DNA of 64,000 nucleotides from Octopus vulgaris. Taxonomy: Eukaryota. The translations under genes were made by a program, and so were the position numbers. The stretch is taken from assembly GCA_951406725.2 (NCBI GenBank), contig OX597821.1, positions 43,958,001-44,022,000 of the forward strand, in the 5' to 3' direction. The notes beneath the pieces are model-generated. The model saw only the letters and a program-made list of their open reading frames with translations. It was not told the DNA's origin and did not search any database. Below, piece by piece: positions 51,444 through 64,000 of this stretch (positions are counted from its first letter, which is position 1; every line of letters starts with the position of its first letter).

Positions 51444-51723
51444 TATATATCCAAAATTAAGGAATGAAGCAGATAAAATCCAGGCTACATATGTTTAGCT
51501 ACTCCATTCCCTAATTTTAGAGTTCTACTCACATGCACAGTAACTCCTGTGACTAACTGTAAGCTATAAAACAATTTTTTCAGCTTATCAAACCTAAGAT
51601 GTGGGAATAATTTACAACCTTCTACATCAATAAACTACTATTTTTCTTGAAAGTTGTCTTTTATTCCTTCTATGAACTGGTTGAAGCTTACTATCTTCCT
51701 ACACCTTGATCCTTGGATCTTAC

Positions 51724-51766
<43 letters not shown>

Positions 51767-51814
51767 CATGCATGTATATATATATGCATGTATATATATG
51801 CATGTATATATATA

Positions 51815-51884
<70 letters not shown>

Positions 51885-51888
51885 TATA

Positions 51889-53046
51889 TCATCATCATCA
51901 TCATCATCATTTAACGTCCACTTTCCATGCAGGCATGGGCTGAACGGTTTGACTGAGGACTGGTGAGCCAGAGGCTGCACCAGGCTCAATCTAATCTGGC
52001 AAGTTTCTACAGCTCAATGCCCTTCCTAATGCCAGCCACGCTGAAAGTGTAGTGGGTGCTTTTATGTGACACCAGCACGAGGGCCAGTCAGGCTGTTCTG
52101 GCAATGGCCATGCTCAAAAGGTGTTTTTTACATGCTACCTGCACAGATGTCAGTCCGGCAGCACTGGCAACGACCATGCTAGAATGTTGTTTTTAATGTG
52201 CTACCAGCACATGCGCTGGTAAGGCAACACTGGCAACGATCACGCTTGAATGTTGCTTTTCACATGCCACTGGTATGGGAGCTAATCTGTGACCCTGGCA
52301 ACAATCACGCTCGGATGTGCTTTTAATGTTCCACTGGCATGAGTGCCAATCAGGCGGTACTGTCATTGGCTACGTCAGCGATTCTGATTTGTTTTCACTT
52401 GCCTTAATAGGTCTTTGCAAGCAAAGTTCATTGTCCAATGAATGAGGTGTACTCATAAATGGGCCAGTTACACCCCACGTTTGGATGTGAGGCTGGTTAC
52501 ACCTACTGGCATAGGCCATGGGCCATGGTCTCACTTGGCTTGTCGGGTCTTCTCAAGTACAGCAAATCTCCAAAGGTCTCGGTCACTAGTCATTGCCTCA
52601 GTAAGGCCCAATGTTTGAAGGTCATGCTTCACCACCTCATCCCAGGTTTTCCTGGGTCTGCCGCTTCCACAGGTTCCCTCAACTGCTAGAGTATGACATT
52701 TTTTCACACAGCTGTCCTCATTCATTCACAACACATGACCATATCAGCAAAGTCGTCTCTCTTGCACACTACATCTGATGCTTCTTAAATCCAACTTTCC
52801 TTTCAGGACGCTTACACTCTGTCGTGTATGCACACTGACATTACACACCCAGCAGAGAATACTGACTTCATTCCTTGCAAGCTTATGCATGTCCTCAGCA
52901 GTCACGACCCATGTTTCAATGCCATGTAGTATGGCTGTTTCTACACATGCGTTATATGGTCTACTTTTTACTCTGAGTGAGAGGCCCTTTTCCACCATCA
53001 GACGTAGGAGCTCTGAACTTTGCCCAGGCTATTCTTGCTATCCACC
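51889..53046 (-). mobile_element. 5'-truncated RTE-clade LINE (ORF C-terminus, 3' UTR and (GAT)n tail)
   Basis: KGLSLRVKSRPYNACVETAILHGIETW...ERRLC*YGHV and VEGTCGSGRPRKTWDEVVKHDL...DRDLWR are typical RTE C-terminal motifs. Confidence 0.9.
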
Positions 53047-53119
53047 CTATATGTGTGTGTATGTGCATGTATGTATGTATTTATGTATATATATATTATG
53101 TATATATGTATGTGTGTAT

Positions 53120-53159
<40 letters not shown>

Positions 53160-53907
53160 GTGTGTGTGTATGTATGTATGTATAATACTAATATTAGGGA
53201 GCATAACTCCAAACTTACAGGAAAAAATTCAATTTAGTATTAAATCAAATTTCACAATATAAATATATAATATATATAAATTAGAGAAAAACCACTATTA
53301 AGCAATTCAAACAATGATAGACATAAACCAAATCATAAATAAAAAATAAAATATATTTTAAAACATATAACTAGAACACAAAAAGTACAAAAATGAATAA
53401 ACAATATATAATAAGTAAAAAGATTACGTATGTTTCATGACTATAATTTCATAAATATTTTCGGGTTGATATCTATAATATTTAAGTAATAATGGAGTAA
53501 TTTATTTATATGTTTATTGATTGAAAAATATGGATTTCTAATTGCTATATTTGTTGATTATAATTTAGATATGTACTTTTATATAATTTTATAATTTTAT
53601 TATTTTATAACAAAAATCTAAAAATATTAAGTGTGATTATTTTGTAAAATAGTTTGTGAATTAAAATATTAGAGTATAGCTAGTGTAAAGATATTCTGTA
53701 GTTTATTAATGTTTTTTTCTTGAAGCTAAATTATTTCTTGACAGATAAATACATTTTTCTATCTATTTACTCTATTTTTTACCTTAACTATTTAACTTGA
53801 TAAATATATTATAGGCACCTGGTCCTAATGTTTCAAATTTAGTTAATGGAGTTTCTTCTATAAGAAGAATCAAGATTTTATTTCTTTAAGAAATATTGTT
53901 TATTCTA

Positions 53908-55109
53908 TAAGGTTGTCCCAAAAGTTCGTAAACACTTGCGAAAATTTGAATTTTTATGCAATTTTTAATTGTTTGTTTGGGTTTATATTGTTATAGTTAC
54001 AATCATCTTTATATTCCAGATGCCCATGAATAAAATTGAGCTGCAAGTTTTGATTCGTTACTGCTGGAAGCGAGGTCTTTCAACCAGAAAATCTGCAGAA
54101 GAGATTTGTGCTGCCGAAGGTGAAGGAACAATTGCATATGCGGCGATCTCAAAGTGGCACAAGCGTTTAGATTCTGGCGACATGACTCTTGAAGATGAGC
54201 CTCCTCGTTCGGGACGGCCGTTAAGGTTAGATGATGGAGACTTACAAACCGGGTTGAACATTGCGCCTTCATCGAGTACTCGAGAATTGGCTGATGAGCT
54301 TGGAGTTGGCAAATCAACAATTCACCGACACTTGAGGCAACTTGATTTTGTTCACAAAAAGCAGCGCCAAGATCCACATGAACTCACCGAAGCACAAGCC
54401 AACAGACGAGTTGAAATTTGCCGTCAATTGCTCAGCAATCCATTGGACGACTGCTTTTGGAAGCGCATTGTGACTTCGGACGAGAAATGGGTCTATCTGC
54501 TCCAGCACAATCGAGACAAGCAATGGGTTCAGAAAGGGCAAGAGACACCGTCGGTTCCAAAACAAGATCGATTCGGCAAGAAAGTCATGTTGTGCGTTTG
54601 GTGGAACTTTGGTTCCGACTGGTCGTGCCATCAGTGCTGAACTTTACTGTCAGCAACTGGAGCGGGTCTACGAAATGTTGAAGCAAAAGTACCCGGCTCT
54701 GATCAACCGAAAGCGTGCTTTGATGCAGCAGGACAATGCCAAGCCACACACCGCCAGGAAGACCAAAGACAAGTTTGAAGAGATGGCCGGCATTGAGGTT
54801 CTGCCACATCCAGCCTACAGTCCTGACTGTGCTCCATCAGATTACGGCCTTTTCCGCTCAATGCAACACTTTCTTAAGGGCCGCCGATTCGACTCGTTTA
54901 ATGAAGTTGAGGAAGCGTGTCATATATTCTTTGATTTGAAGCCGGCTGAATGGTACTTTTACCTGATTTGACAGCTTGGAGATCGATGGCAGAAAGTCTT
55001 GGAAAATAATGGTCTTTATTTTGAGGAATAATTTTTGTTGTTTTTGTTAGTACTTGGCGAGGAAAAATTCTATTTTCGCAAGTGTTTACGAACTTTTGGG
55101 ACAACCTAA
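53908..55109 (+). mobile_element. Complete-length mariner transposon (DD34D) with TIRs and TA TSD
   Basis: TA|taaggttgtcccaaaagttcgtaaacacttgcgaaaat ... attttcgcaagtgtttacgaacttttgggacaacctaa|TA. Confidence 0.95.
54020..55031 (+). pseudogene. Mariner transposase pseudogene
   Basis: MPMNKIEL..., RSGRP, QDPHEL, IVTSDEKW, KVMLCVWW, frameshift at ~54610, QQDNAKPH, HPAYSPDCAPSDY, in-frame TGA 54969-54971, ends GLYFEE*. Confidence 0.92.
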
Positions 55110-55148
55110 TATTTACTTATTTATTTAACTGTTATTGTCATTATTGTT

Positions 55149-55250
55149 GACCTGAGGAGTGACTATAATTTTAAATTGAATTGTTTTTCGATTAAATTTA
55201 AATTTAAGTGTAATTCGAATTTAAATTATAGCCCTGAAACATACGTAGTC
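55149..55250 (+). ncRNA. Type I hammerhead ribozyme with long AU-rich stem II (slightly decayed)
   Basis: gac CTGAGGA g-tgactataattt...aaattatagccc-t GAAA catacg TA gtc; stem I gac/gtc, near-palindromic stem III. Confidence 0.6.
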
Positions 55251-55704
55251 TCTTTACTTATTATTTATTGTTTATTCATTTTTGTACTTTATGTGATCTA
55301 GTTATATGTTTTAAAATATATTTTATTTTTTATTTATCATTTGCTAACTGCATCAAGAGGTGAAAAGCATCAAAGATCACTTAAGGTGTGCAATCCCTCT
55401 GTAATTCTTCTGAAGTGTAAATCCAGGTTTGCTTCACAGGATTTCGAATATCTGTAAATCCAGAACAATTACAAAAATACAGAGATTGGTACATCTTTAA
55501 ATTTTTCTTTAAATTTTAACAGTTAATTATATAGCATAATTATTCCATATTCTTTGTAATTGTTTTATATATATATATATCATCATCATCATCGTCATTT
55601 AAAGTCCATTGTCCTTGCTGGCATGGGTTGCCACTTAGTTGGACTGAACCTGAAATCATGTGGTTGGGAAGCAAGCTACTTACCACAGAGACATGCCTGC
55701 TCAC

Positions 55705-55799
55705 ATGTATGTATGTATGTATGTATGTATGTATGTATGTATGTATGTATGTATGTATGTATGTATGTATGTATGTGTGTGTATGTATGTATGTATGTA

Positions 55800-55835
<36 letters not shown>

Positions 55836-55897
55836 TGTATGTATGTATGTATGTATGTATGTATGTATGTATGTATGTATGTATGTATGTATATATG
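55705..55897. repeat. (TATG)n microsatellite
   Basis: Read directly. Confidence 0.95.
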
Positions 55898-56381
55898 CAT
55901 TTATGTCTCCTCTATTCTTTAACTATTATAAATCTTCCATTGAAGAGGTAACTGGTTTCCAACAAAGATACAAGGCTCCATCTTTGGGACATAGTTTAAC
56001 ACTGACAAATTCACATTTGGAACTTGATTCTCCTTTAAGCATTTGCTAACAAAACCTAGTATTCCAATTATTATTGGTATGAATATGAATTCGTAGTCTG
56101 GATATAGAAGCTGGATGTTTTGAGGAAGTTATCCATAGATATTCTCTTTTTCTTGACTTCCAAAGAGATATTTATATCTTCATGGCAGCTGACCAAAATG
56201 ATAGTACATACTTTAGTCCTTCTGTCCCAAACAACAATATCCGGGCCTATTATGTTTACATTTTACAGAAGTTTTGATGGGGATATTCACCAGTATTTCT
56301 TGAGTTGGTGTTTATGAACGAATTCCATAACAGAAGGATTTTCTAAGTTTATTTTAGGATAGTCTTTTATGTATGTATGAA

Positions 56382-56975
56382 CAGGAGTTGGACAAAATAA
56401 TGGAAACACCTAGCATCATAGCATCATAATTTTTAAATATCTATAAATCCATCAAAAGCTTGTTTATTTTTATGTTTTTTTATTTATAATTAGTGTTGCT
56501 AAAAATGCTGTTTCTCTTGGGATATCATCAGAAGACGGTAATTAAAATTCATTAAAATGACAGATCTATCAGACTTTCAAAGAGGTCAAATTGTTGGTGC
56601 TCATATGGCAGGCAATAGAATAATGAAAACACCCGAATTGTTTGGTGTATCAAGAAGTAGTGTCTCGAAAGTAATGACAGCCTTTGAGAAAGAGGGAAAA
56701 AACCTCCTTGACAAAACAAAACTCCAGAAGAAAACCAAAAACTTTCAGATGGGCACTGTTGGACTCTTACTCAAATTGTTAGAAAGGATCACAAAAGTAC
56801 AGCTCCCAAAATTACTGCAGAGCTTAATGACCACCTCAAGAACCCAATTTCTACAAAAACTGTTCGCCAGAAGCTGCACATAACCAGAGGGCTGCAATCA
56901 GAAAACCGCTACTTTAAAAAACAACTGTTGCAAAGCTTTAAGTGTGGAATAAAAGCCTACAGAATTGGTCCCTGA
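56382..56975 (+). mobile_element. Tc1-like transposon 5' fragment
   Basis: Terminus caggagttggacaaaataatggaaacacc; MTDLSDFQRGQIVGAHMAG...ELFGVSRSSVSKV (Tc1 HTH); frameshifted downstream. Confidence 0.85.
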
Positions 56976-56984
56976 AATCGAAAT

Positions 56985-57210
56985 CAAATTCGATGACTGG
57001 CATCTGTGCTAGTGGAGCGCTAAGAGTACCATACAAGCGCGATCGTTGCCAGAGCAACAAGCTGGCCTCCATGCTGGTGGCACGTAAAAGCATCCTCTAC
57101 ACTCTCAGAGTAGTTGGCATTAGGAAGGGCATCTGGTTCGCCAGACTTCAGTCAAATCGTCCAACCCATGCTAGCATGGAAAGCGGACATTGAACGATGA
57201 TGATGATGAT
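56985..57210 (+). mobile_element. Short RTE-LINE 3' UTR fragment with (GAT)n tail
   Basis: gtggcacgtaaaagcatc...gttggcattaggaagggcatc...gtccaacccatgctagcatggaaagcggacattgaacgatgatgat. Confidence 0.85.
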
Positions 57211-57216
57211 ATACAC

Positions 57217-57274
<58 letters not shown>

Positions 57275-57344
57275 ATATATACATATATGTATATATATAT
57301 GTATATATGTATATATATACACATATATATGCATATGTATATAT

Positions 57345-57751
57345 ACTCTTTACTCTTTTACTCTTTTACTTGTTTCAGTCATTTGACTGCGGCCATGCTG
57401 GAGCACTGCCTTTAGTCGAGCAAATCGACCCCGGGACTTATTCTTTGTAAGCCCAGTACTTATTCTATCGGTCTCTTTTGCCGAACCGCTAAGTGACGGG
57501 GACGTAAACACACCAGCATCGGTTGTCAAGCATTGCTAGGGGGACAAACACACACAAACGCTCACACATACACATATATACATATATATGACAGGCTTCT
57601 TTCAGATTCCGTCTACGAAATCCACTCACAAGGCATTGGTCGGCCCAGGGCTATAGCAGAAGGCACTTGCCCAAGATGCCACGCAGTGGAACTGAACCCG
57701 GAACCATGTGGTTGGTTAGCAAGCTACTTACCACACAGCCACTCCTGCGCC
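57345..57751 (-). mobile_element. tRNA-derived SINE family B
   Basis: Very similar to 26568-26953. Confidence 0.9.
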
Positions 57752-58268
57752 TGTATATATACATATATATACATATACGTATATATATATGTTTTTAATT
57801 GTATTGTTTTTACGTCCTGTTTTTGTCACAATTTTTTTTTCTTGTTTTTACCCCTCTGCAAAAGAATTTTATTTAATTCTCTCGCAGGAAGGACTAGTTC
57901 GACGAGTCGTGTTCTGTCCTCACCTTCGAAACATCCTGGAGTTGAACTAGGGACAGCTGATGAAGGGGATTCTTCCTTGTGTAGTTGTCTTGTACTCTGT
58001 TTTTTCGTTGTTAGAAAAATGGTCCGTTCCATTCTTGTTTTTACTTTTTCGTTTCTTGTTGAGTTCTACGTCTAGTTGTGGTGTCCTGTACTCACGTATA
58101 TATATTTATATATGCATGTATATATACATGTAAATGTAGGTACGTACATATATGTTTGTATGTATGCATATATTTTATTTATTACACTATTGTATTACTG
58201 AGCGCCCTCGCGACAATTCGATTCGATTCGTTTCGTTTCGTTTCGTTTCTTCTTCTTCTCTAAGCTGG

Positions 58269-58330
<62 letters not shown>

Positions 58331-58929
58331 CACTGGCAGAAACATACTTTCTACTCATATAAATGATAACGATAGTCACTGTGGTTTGAACAATTAGCTT
58401 TACGTTCACCCCACTTCAATAGCGAAATTCTTTCCTAAGCCTTCGAACATTCTTTCAATCAACGTACCCTTCCCTCTCCACTTGTTCCCTACCTATTATT
58501 CCTTTAACTCTTCTCTTCCTACTATTTATCTTTGACGTCAGTTCTTCTTACGGTTTTTTTTAAAAAACACTCATTATCGTTTTGTTTACCATGTAGGCAG
58601 TCATCGAAATTTTTGTTTGTCTTGTCGTCGAGAGAGGCTCCCTTTCTTTTCTGATGAGAAGATTGCATAATGCACCTTTTATTCCTTTGGAATGAAAACT
58701 TGTTGTCTTCGAAACATATGCCGAGAGTAAAGGAATTTTGTTAACATCTTCGTTCGACTCCATTCTTTCATTTATTCATATACAACACACAAATTTCTGC
58801 ACATGAACCCGGAGTTTCTACCCTTGGACAGGTCGCTTCAACCTAGTTTCTGACGTGAATTTGCTACCCAGGTTTCGGTTAAACGAATTTTCCATGCTGA
58901 CGATAAACATAGGATAATTCATTCACCTA

Positions 58930-58931
58930 TT

Positions 58932-58963
<32 letters not shown>

Positions 58964-59000
58964 CATATACATACATACATATATATATATTTCTATATAC

Positions 59001-59037
<37 letters not shown>

Positions 59038-59056
59038 TATATATATACATATACAT

Positions 59057-59100
<44 letters not shown>

Positions 59101-59210
59101 ACATATACATATATGTATATATATATATATGTATGTATATATGTACATATATATACACATATATATATATATACATATCTATACATATACATATATATAC
59201 ATATATATAA

Positions 59211-59263
<53 letters not shown>

Positions 59264-59280
59264 TATATGCATATATATAC
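58930..59280. repeat. (TA)n-rich microsatellite field
   Basis: Read directly. Confidence 0.95.
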
Positions 59281-59283
59281 AAC

Positions 59284-59649
59284 TGGCCCGGTGGTTAGGG
59301 CAGCGGACTCGCGGTCATAGGATCGCGGTTTCGATTCCCAGACCGGGCGTTGTGAGTGTTTATTGAGCGAAAACACCTAAAGCTCCACGAGGCTCCGGCA
59401 GGGATGGTGGTGATCCCTGCTGTACTCTTTCACCACAACTTTCTCTCACTCTTACTTCCTGTTTCTGTTGTACCTGTATTTCAAAGGGCCGGCCTTGTCA
59501 CTCTCTGTGTCACGCTGAATATCCCCGAGAACTACGTTAAGGGTACACGTGTCTGTGGAGTGCTCAGCCACTTACACGTTAATTTCACGAGCAGGCTGTT
59601 CCGTTGATTCGGATCAACCGGAACCCTCGTCGTCATAACCGACGGAGTG
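59284..59649 (+). mobile_element. tRNA-derived SINE family C (young copy, slightly 5'-clipped)
   Basis: Near-identical reverse complement of 45663-46042. Confidence 0.9.
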
Positions 59650-59709
59650 AAAAGAAGAAGAAAAGAAGAATATATACAACTATACCCATATATATACACA
59701 AATATACGT

Positions 59710-59744
<35 letters not shown>

Positions 59745-59819
59745 GTGTGTGGATGTGTATATGTATGTATTCCTATGTGCACATGTATATGTATGTGAGT
59801 GTGCATGTTTGTATATCAT

Positions 59820-60690
59820 TATACCTTCTTTCCTCCTCACTGATTCCTACCTGTCGCACCAACCTATTAATCACATATGTCTATTTATAGAAATTTGACA
59901 TCCTTGTATTCTTCCCTCCACTTAAAATTTTACTACTAAAACAACAACTCACTTTGTTCTCACCCCCACCCAAACATTTTCTCTACCCATCCCTTAATGC
60001 ACCTCAGTCATATCACCCCTACTCACATATCTCCCACTTATTCACTCGGTACCTTCCCACCTCTTCCTGTCCCTCCCCTACTCCTTTCCGATCCTCCCAT
60101 CACATTATCTTGACCATCAACTACTTTCACTTTTTCCCCACTTCTTTCACTGTCTACACTTTTTCTCTTCCTGCTTTTATTTTGACCTATCTCCTCATTC
60201 TAATCATAGTTACCTCTCCCCTTCCACCCCATCTATCCACAAATATTACCAATACATTCTCAAATGTTCATTCACACCACAAGACCCTTTCAAATGAGCA
60301 ACACAGAATCCACGGTTCCATACTTTGAAATGACTAAACATGAACTACTATTGGAACTTATATATCATGTACAGGAAACTGTTTTTACCATTTCTATACA
60401 CAACTTTCCTTGAGCAATGGAACTGCAGCTACAATATCTTAATATATTTTATATTTTACTTCTACTTTCATTCTCTTATTTCCCACCATATTCCCTATCT
60501 TCTCCTTTTCCATAATAATTCCATATTTCGAACTCAAATATTTACATCTATTTAACCATCTCACATCGTCTCAGATGAAGGGATATCCATAATATTCCAG
60601 AAACAGCTGTAAGACTATATCTATATCTTTTTCCTTATAAATGTCCTGAAAACTCCTCACAGCCTTGGCTTTGTTATCTCATTTTGTCTA
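59820..60690 (+). mobile_element. Hammerhead-bearing family H2, copy 2
   Basis: Collinear with 29500-30355. Confidence 0.7.
60568..60615 (+). ncRNA. Minimal type I hammerhead, core-mutated copy (CAGATGA)
   Basis: gtct CAGATGA a gggatat-ccata-atattcc a GAAA cagctg TA agac. Confidence 0.6.
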
Positions 60691-61184
60691 ATATATTTAT
60701 ACATATAAATATATATATACAGATATACATATATACATATACATCACGTGATGATCTTTCTTTTCCTTCACAGCAGTCATAGAGACTGCATGCATTGCAT
60801 CTGTCTCTTTCTTCAATCATTCCTCTTATCGAAGAGAATATTCCTCCAGCGTTCGCTATTTTACCTTCATCTGGTCTAATGAGCCTCCATGTTTGTTTTT
60901 GTTCGGATTCCTTGTATGTCTTCACTGTCCTGTTTTTGTTACCAACTTTGGCCCTCTGCAAATCCCAAATTTTACTTTGGTTTGTGGGAGCAACTGCTTT
61001 TTGAAAACTCATATTGTCGTTTAATGCTCGAAATGAAGAGTAGATGGACAGTAGCTGAAGAGTCGTTTTTTATGTTACTTGTCCTGTTTTCCATTTGTCT
61101 CTCTAGTTGTTTATATATTCAACTCTTGTTTTCATATTTCATATTTCATATTTCATGTTGTTTACAGTTTGTGAAGTCCTGTAC

Positions 61185-61222
61185 CCATATATGCATATAT
61201 ATATATATATGTGTATGTGTGT

Positions 61223-61265
<43 letters not shown>

Positions 61266-61332
61266 TACACAAACACATATACATACATACATACATATAT
61301 ATATATATACATACGTATAGATATATATATAC

Positions 61333-61364
<32 letters not shown>

Positions 61365-61986
61365 ACATATACATACACATATATATATACATATACATAC
61401 ATATATATATATACATATATATATATAAACATACATATATATATACATATATATACAGATATATATATATAGATATACACATATACATTTATATATATAT
61501 ACAAACATATATACAAACATATATATATACATACATATATACATACATATATATACACACATGTATACATAGATATGCATATATATATATATGTATATAT
61601 ATATGCTCTTACAGAAGGATCTAGATGCAATCTGTACATATATATATATACATGTATATACTTACATATATATATATATACTTATATATATATACATATT
61701 TATATATATACATACTTGTATATACATATACACATATACATGTCTCTGTGTATATAGATGCATTTATGGATATACATGTATATAGCCTTCCCGTACCCAA
61801 TTTAAACTGGATATTTAATTCATTATTGAGATATTCTGTTGTATACCACTTCATAGCCCATTCTACTTCACAATCCATGAGTACAAATTGTTTTTTTTAA
61901 ATAACTCTTTCAGATATTCCCATTGCTTACGTCTGACATGAACTCTGGAATATTAGTTTTCATAGAAATATCTTAACCATCCCCCT

Positions 61987-62034
<48 letters not shown>

Positions 62035-62064
62035 GATGGGTGTTTGTGTGTGTGTGTTTGTTGC

Positions 62065-62099
<35 letters not shown>

Positions 62100-62238
62100 A
62101 TATAAAGATACACTTATTTGTATACACACATGCACATATGTATGTACGGATGAATAAATATACATATACATATATATACCTATATACATACATATATATA
62201 CACACATGTATCTATATATATATACATATATTTATATT

Positions 62239-62325
<87 letters not shown>

Positions 62326-62380
62326 GCGTGTATGTTGCAAACACACACACTCATGTATATATATATATATATATACTTAA
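61185..62380. repeat. Large degenerate (TA)n/(TACA)n field
   Basis: Read directly; interrupted by a short unique stretch at ~61785-61985. Confidence 0.9.
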
Positions 62381-63463
62381 AGGAAAATAATATGCCATTG
62401 TGAAATTGATATCTTTGAGGTTATTAAGATGCCTTTCTTTATTATTATTATTATTACTATGATTATTATTATTATTATTATTATGTTTATTATTATTACT
62501 TTTAATAATGTCAAATTTGACTGATAACCTTACTGCCAGTTTTATAATTGGATATCGTAAACGAAAATCTTCTTGGAGAGAGAACTAAAAAAAGCAAAAA
62601 GTCCTTCACCTGACAAACGGAAATAGGTAGATTCCTCGTGTTGCTTTTCTCAGCAAGTAACCGCTTCATTACAGAAGAAATCAATTTTACTCCAATGTGT
62701 TCGCAAACTTCCTCCTCCTCCTCTTTCTCTCCTGCTCTATTTTCTACTGTTCTGCTTCCTCGCCCCCATCTTCTTTATCTTTTCTTTTCTCTCTCTCTCT
62801 CTCTCTCTTTCTCACATGTTCATGTTCGTCTTCCTCCTCTTCTTGCCATAAAGGTACCGTTACCCAATATTTCATCGATTCTTCTTTAATCTTATCTCGT
62901 CCATCAAAATAACCGAAGCGCATAAATTTAGGAATACGCCAACCGAGAGAACAAGCTTAATATGGACTGAGACACTGCAGTTACCCCCTCCCGCCTCTCT
63001 CTTTCTTTCCTTCTCGCTTTCCCTGCCATCTCCTCCAACTTACACTGTTTTATAATCAGCAAAAACAGCATTAAAAAAGAACAAAAAATATAATATAACA
63101 AAGACAAAAATAAAGAAAAGAGACCTGAGTCGAAATTGAGCAAAAACCTCCTTAAATTTATCAATAGTTAATGTGTGCCGTCAGATAACCTCACATACAA
63201 AAAAGATTAAAACACAATTCATAAATAAAGTTGCCACTGTCAATGTTTAAGAATTCATCAGAAATGATTTGTATTTAAATCTACACTAGGAGGTGCAGTG
63301 GGAACTGTTTGGATATATAGACCGTCTTGAGTTTTGAATATTCAAAATATCTTTGTTGTTCTACACCAAGTTTCTACATTTTGCTGACTGGGGGCAGACT
63401 TTAAAAGAAATGTGTGTACATCTGTATGTATGTGCGTAAATATACCTACACACATACACACAC

Positions 63464-63501
<38 letters not shown>

Positions 63502-63509
63502 GTATATAT

Positions 63510-63846
63510 GAGGAAACCCCCTTTGGTCATGAATGACAATGGAATTGCACCTAGAACGTTACCCTCCAAGGCACAAGTCCAGGCAAGATTGTTTGTGGAA
63601 GGCCAGCAGTCACCCGTGCATACCAGCCTTCCCTCTCCACACCACTGATGTTATCCAAGGGAATGGCAAAGGTTGATACATCTTGGCACCAGTGATGTCG
63701 CAACTCATTTCTACACCTGAGTGAACTGGAGCAACGTGAAATAAAGTGACTTACTCAAGAATACAACCTGCAGCACAGTCCGAGAATCGAACTCACAACC
63801 TCATGATCATAAACTCAATGCTCTAACCATTGAGCCATGCACCTTC
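63510..63846 (-). mobile_element. tRNA-derived SINE family D
   Basis: Minus strand gaaggtgcatggctcaatggttagagc...gagttcgattctcgg (boxes A/B) followed by cactttatttcacgttgctccagttcactcag. Confidence 0.8.
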
Positions 63847-64000
63847 CTTTTGTGGTTAGCCACATTTAAGTGGCAAATATACTTCACATTGTTGTGCAGC
63901 TACTGTTCATACCTCGTTCAGAGATTTAATATTGCTTATATATATATATATACTTATATACATATATGTATATGTATGTATATCTTCTTTCTTTTACTTC

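Larger units (their letters stand above)
53185..55343. mobile_element. AT-rich hammerhead-bearing Penelope-like non-autonomous element (family H3) with inverted terminal segments, interrupted by a mariner
   Basis: 53331-53449 is the reverse complement of ~55222-55343; hammerhead at 55149-55250. Confidence 0.6.

Noticed and set aside
53969-54971. SETMAR-like domesticated host gene
   Set aside because: Flanked by TIRs and a TA TSD, has a frameshift and a stop, and has no SET domain; it is an ordinary mariner copy.
57920-57970. GAAA...CTGATGA permuted (type II) hammerhead, with a similar motif at ~61027-61063
   Set aside because: Stem I does not close convincingly and the cleavage triplet is ambiguous.

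Overview
Eukaryotic, AT-rich, microsatellite-saturated non-genic or intronic DNA. The SINE families and repeat style point to an octopus (coleoid cephalopod) genome, which is an inference. No host protein-coding gene is confidently recognised; almost all ORF-track entries are (TA)n/(TATG)n/(CA)n/(TAA)n translation artefacts. The window is a layered transposon landscape. It holds a near-full-length R4/Dong-clade RLE-type LINE embedded in (TAA)n (~9246-12963) plus a second Dong-like 3' fragment, a CR1-like and an RTE LINE fragment, and a decayed Gypsy element with two nested 8-bp-TSD DNA elements. It also holds several Tc1/mariner relics (one with both TIRs and a TA TSD), a Chapaev3-like transposase relic, a non-autonomous Helitron, piggyBac-like MITEs, four tRNA-derived SINE families and decayed Penelope-like (Naiad-type) coding relics. 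The most notable signal is a set of type I hammerhead ribozymes with palindromic stem III. The main one sits in an ORF-less ~472-bp, hairpin-rich unit arranged as a tandem and inverted array (17091-18918), consistent with a retrozyme / non-autonomous Penelope-like circular-RNA system. At least three other unrelated hammerhead-bearing families occur elsewhere in the window.
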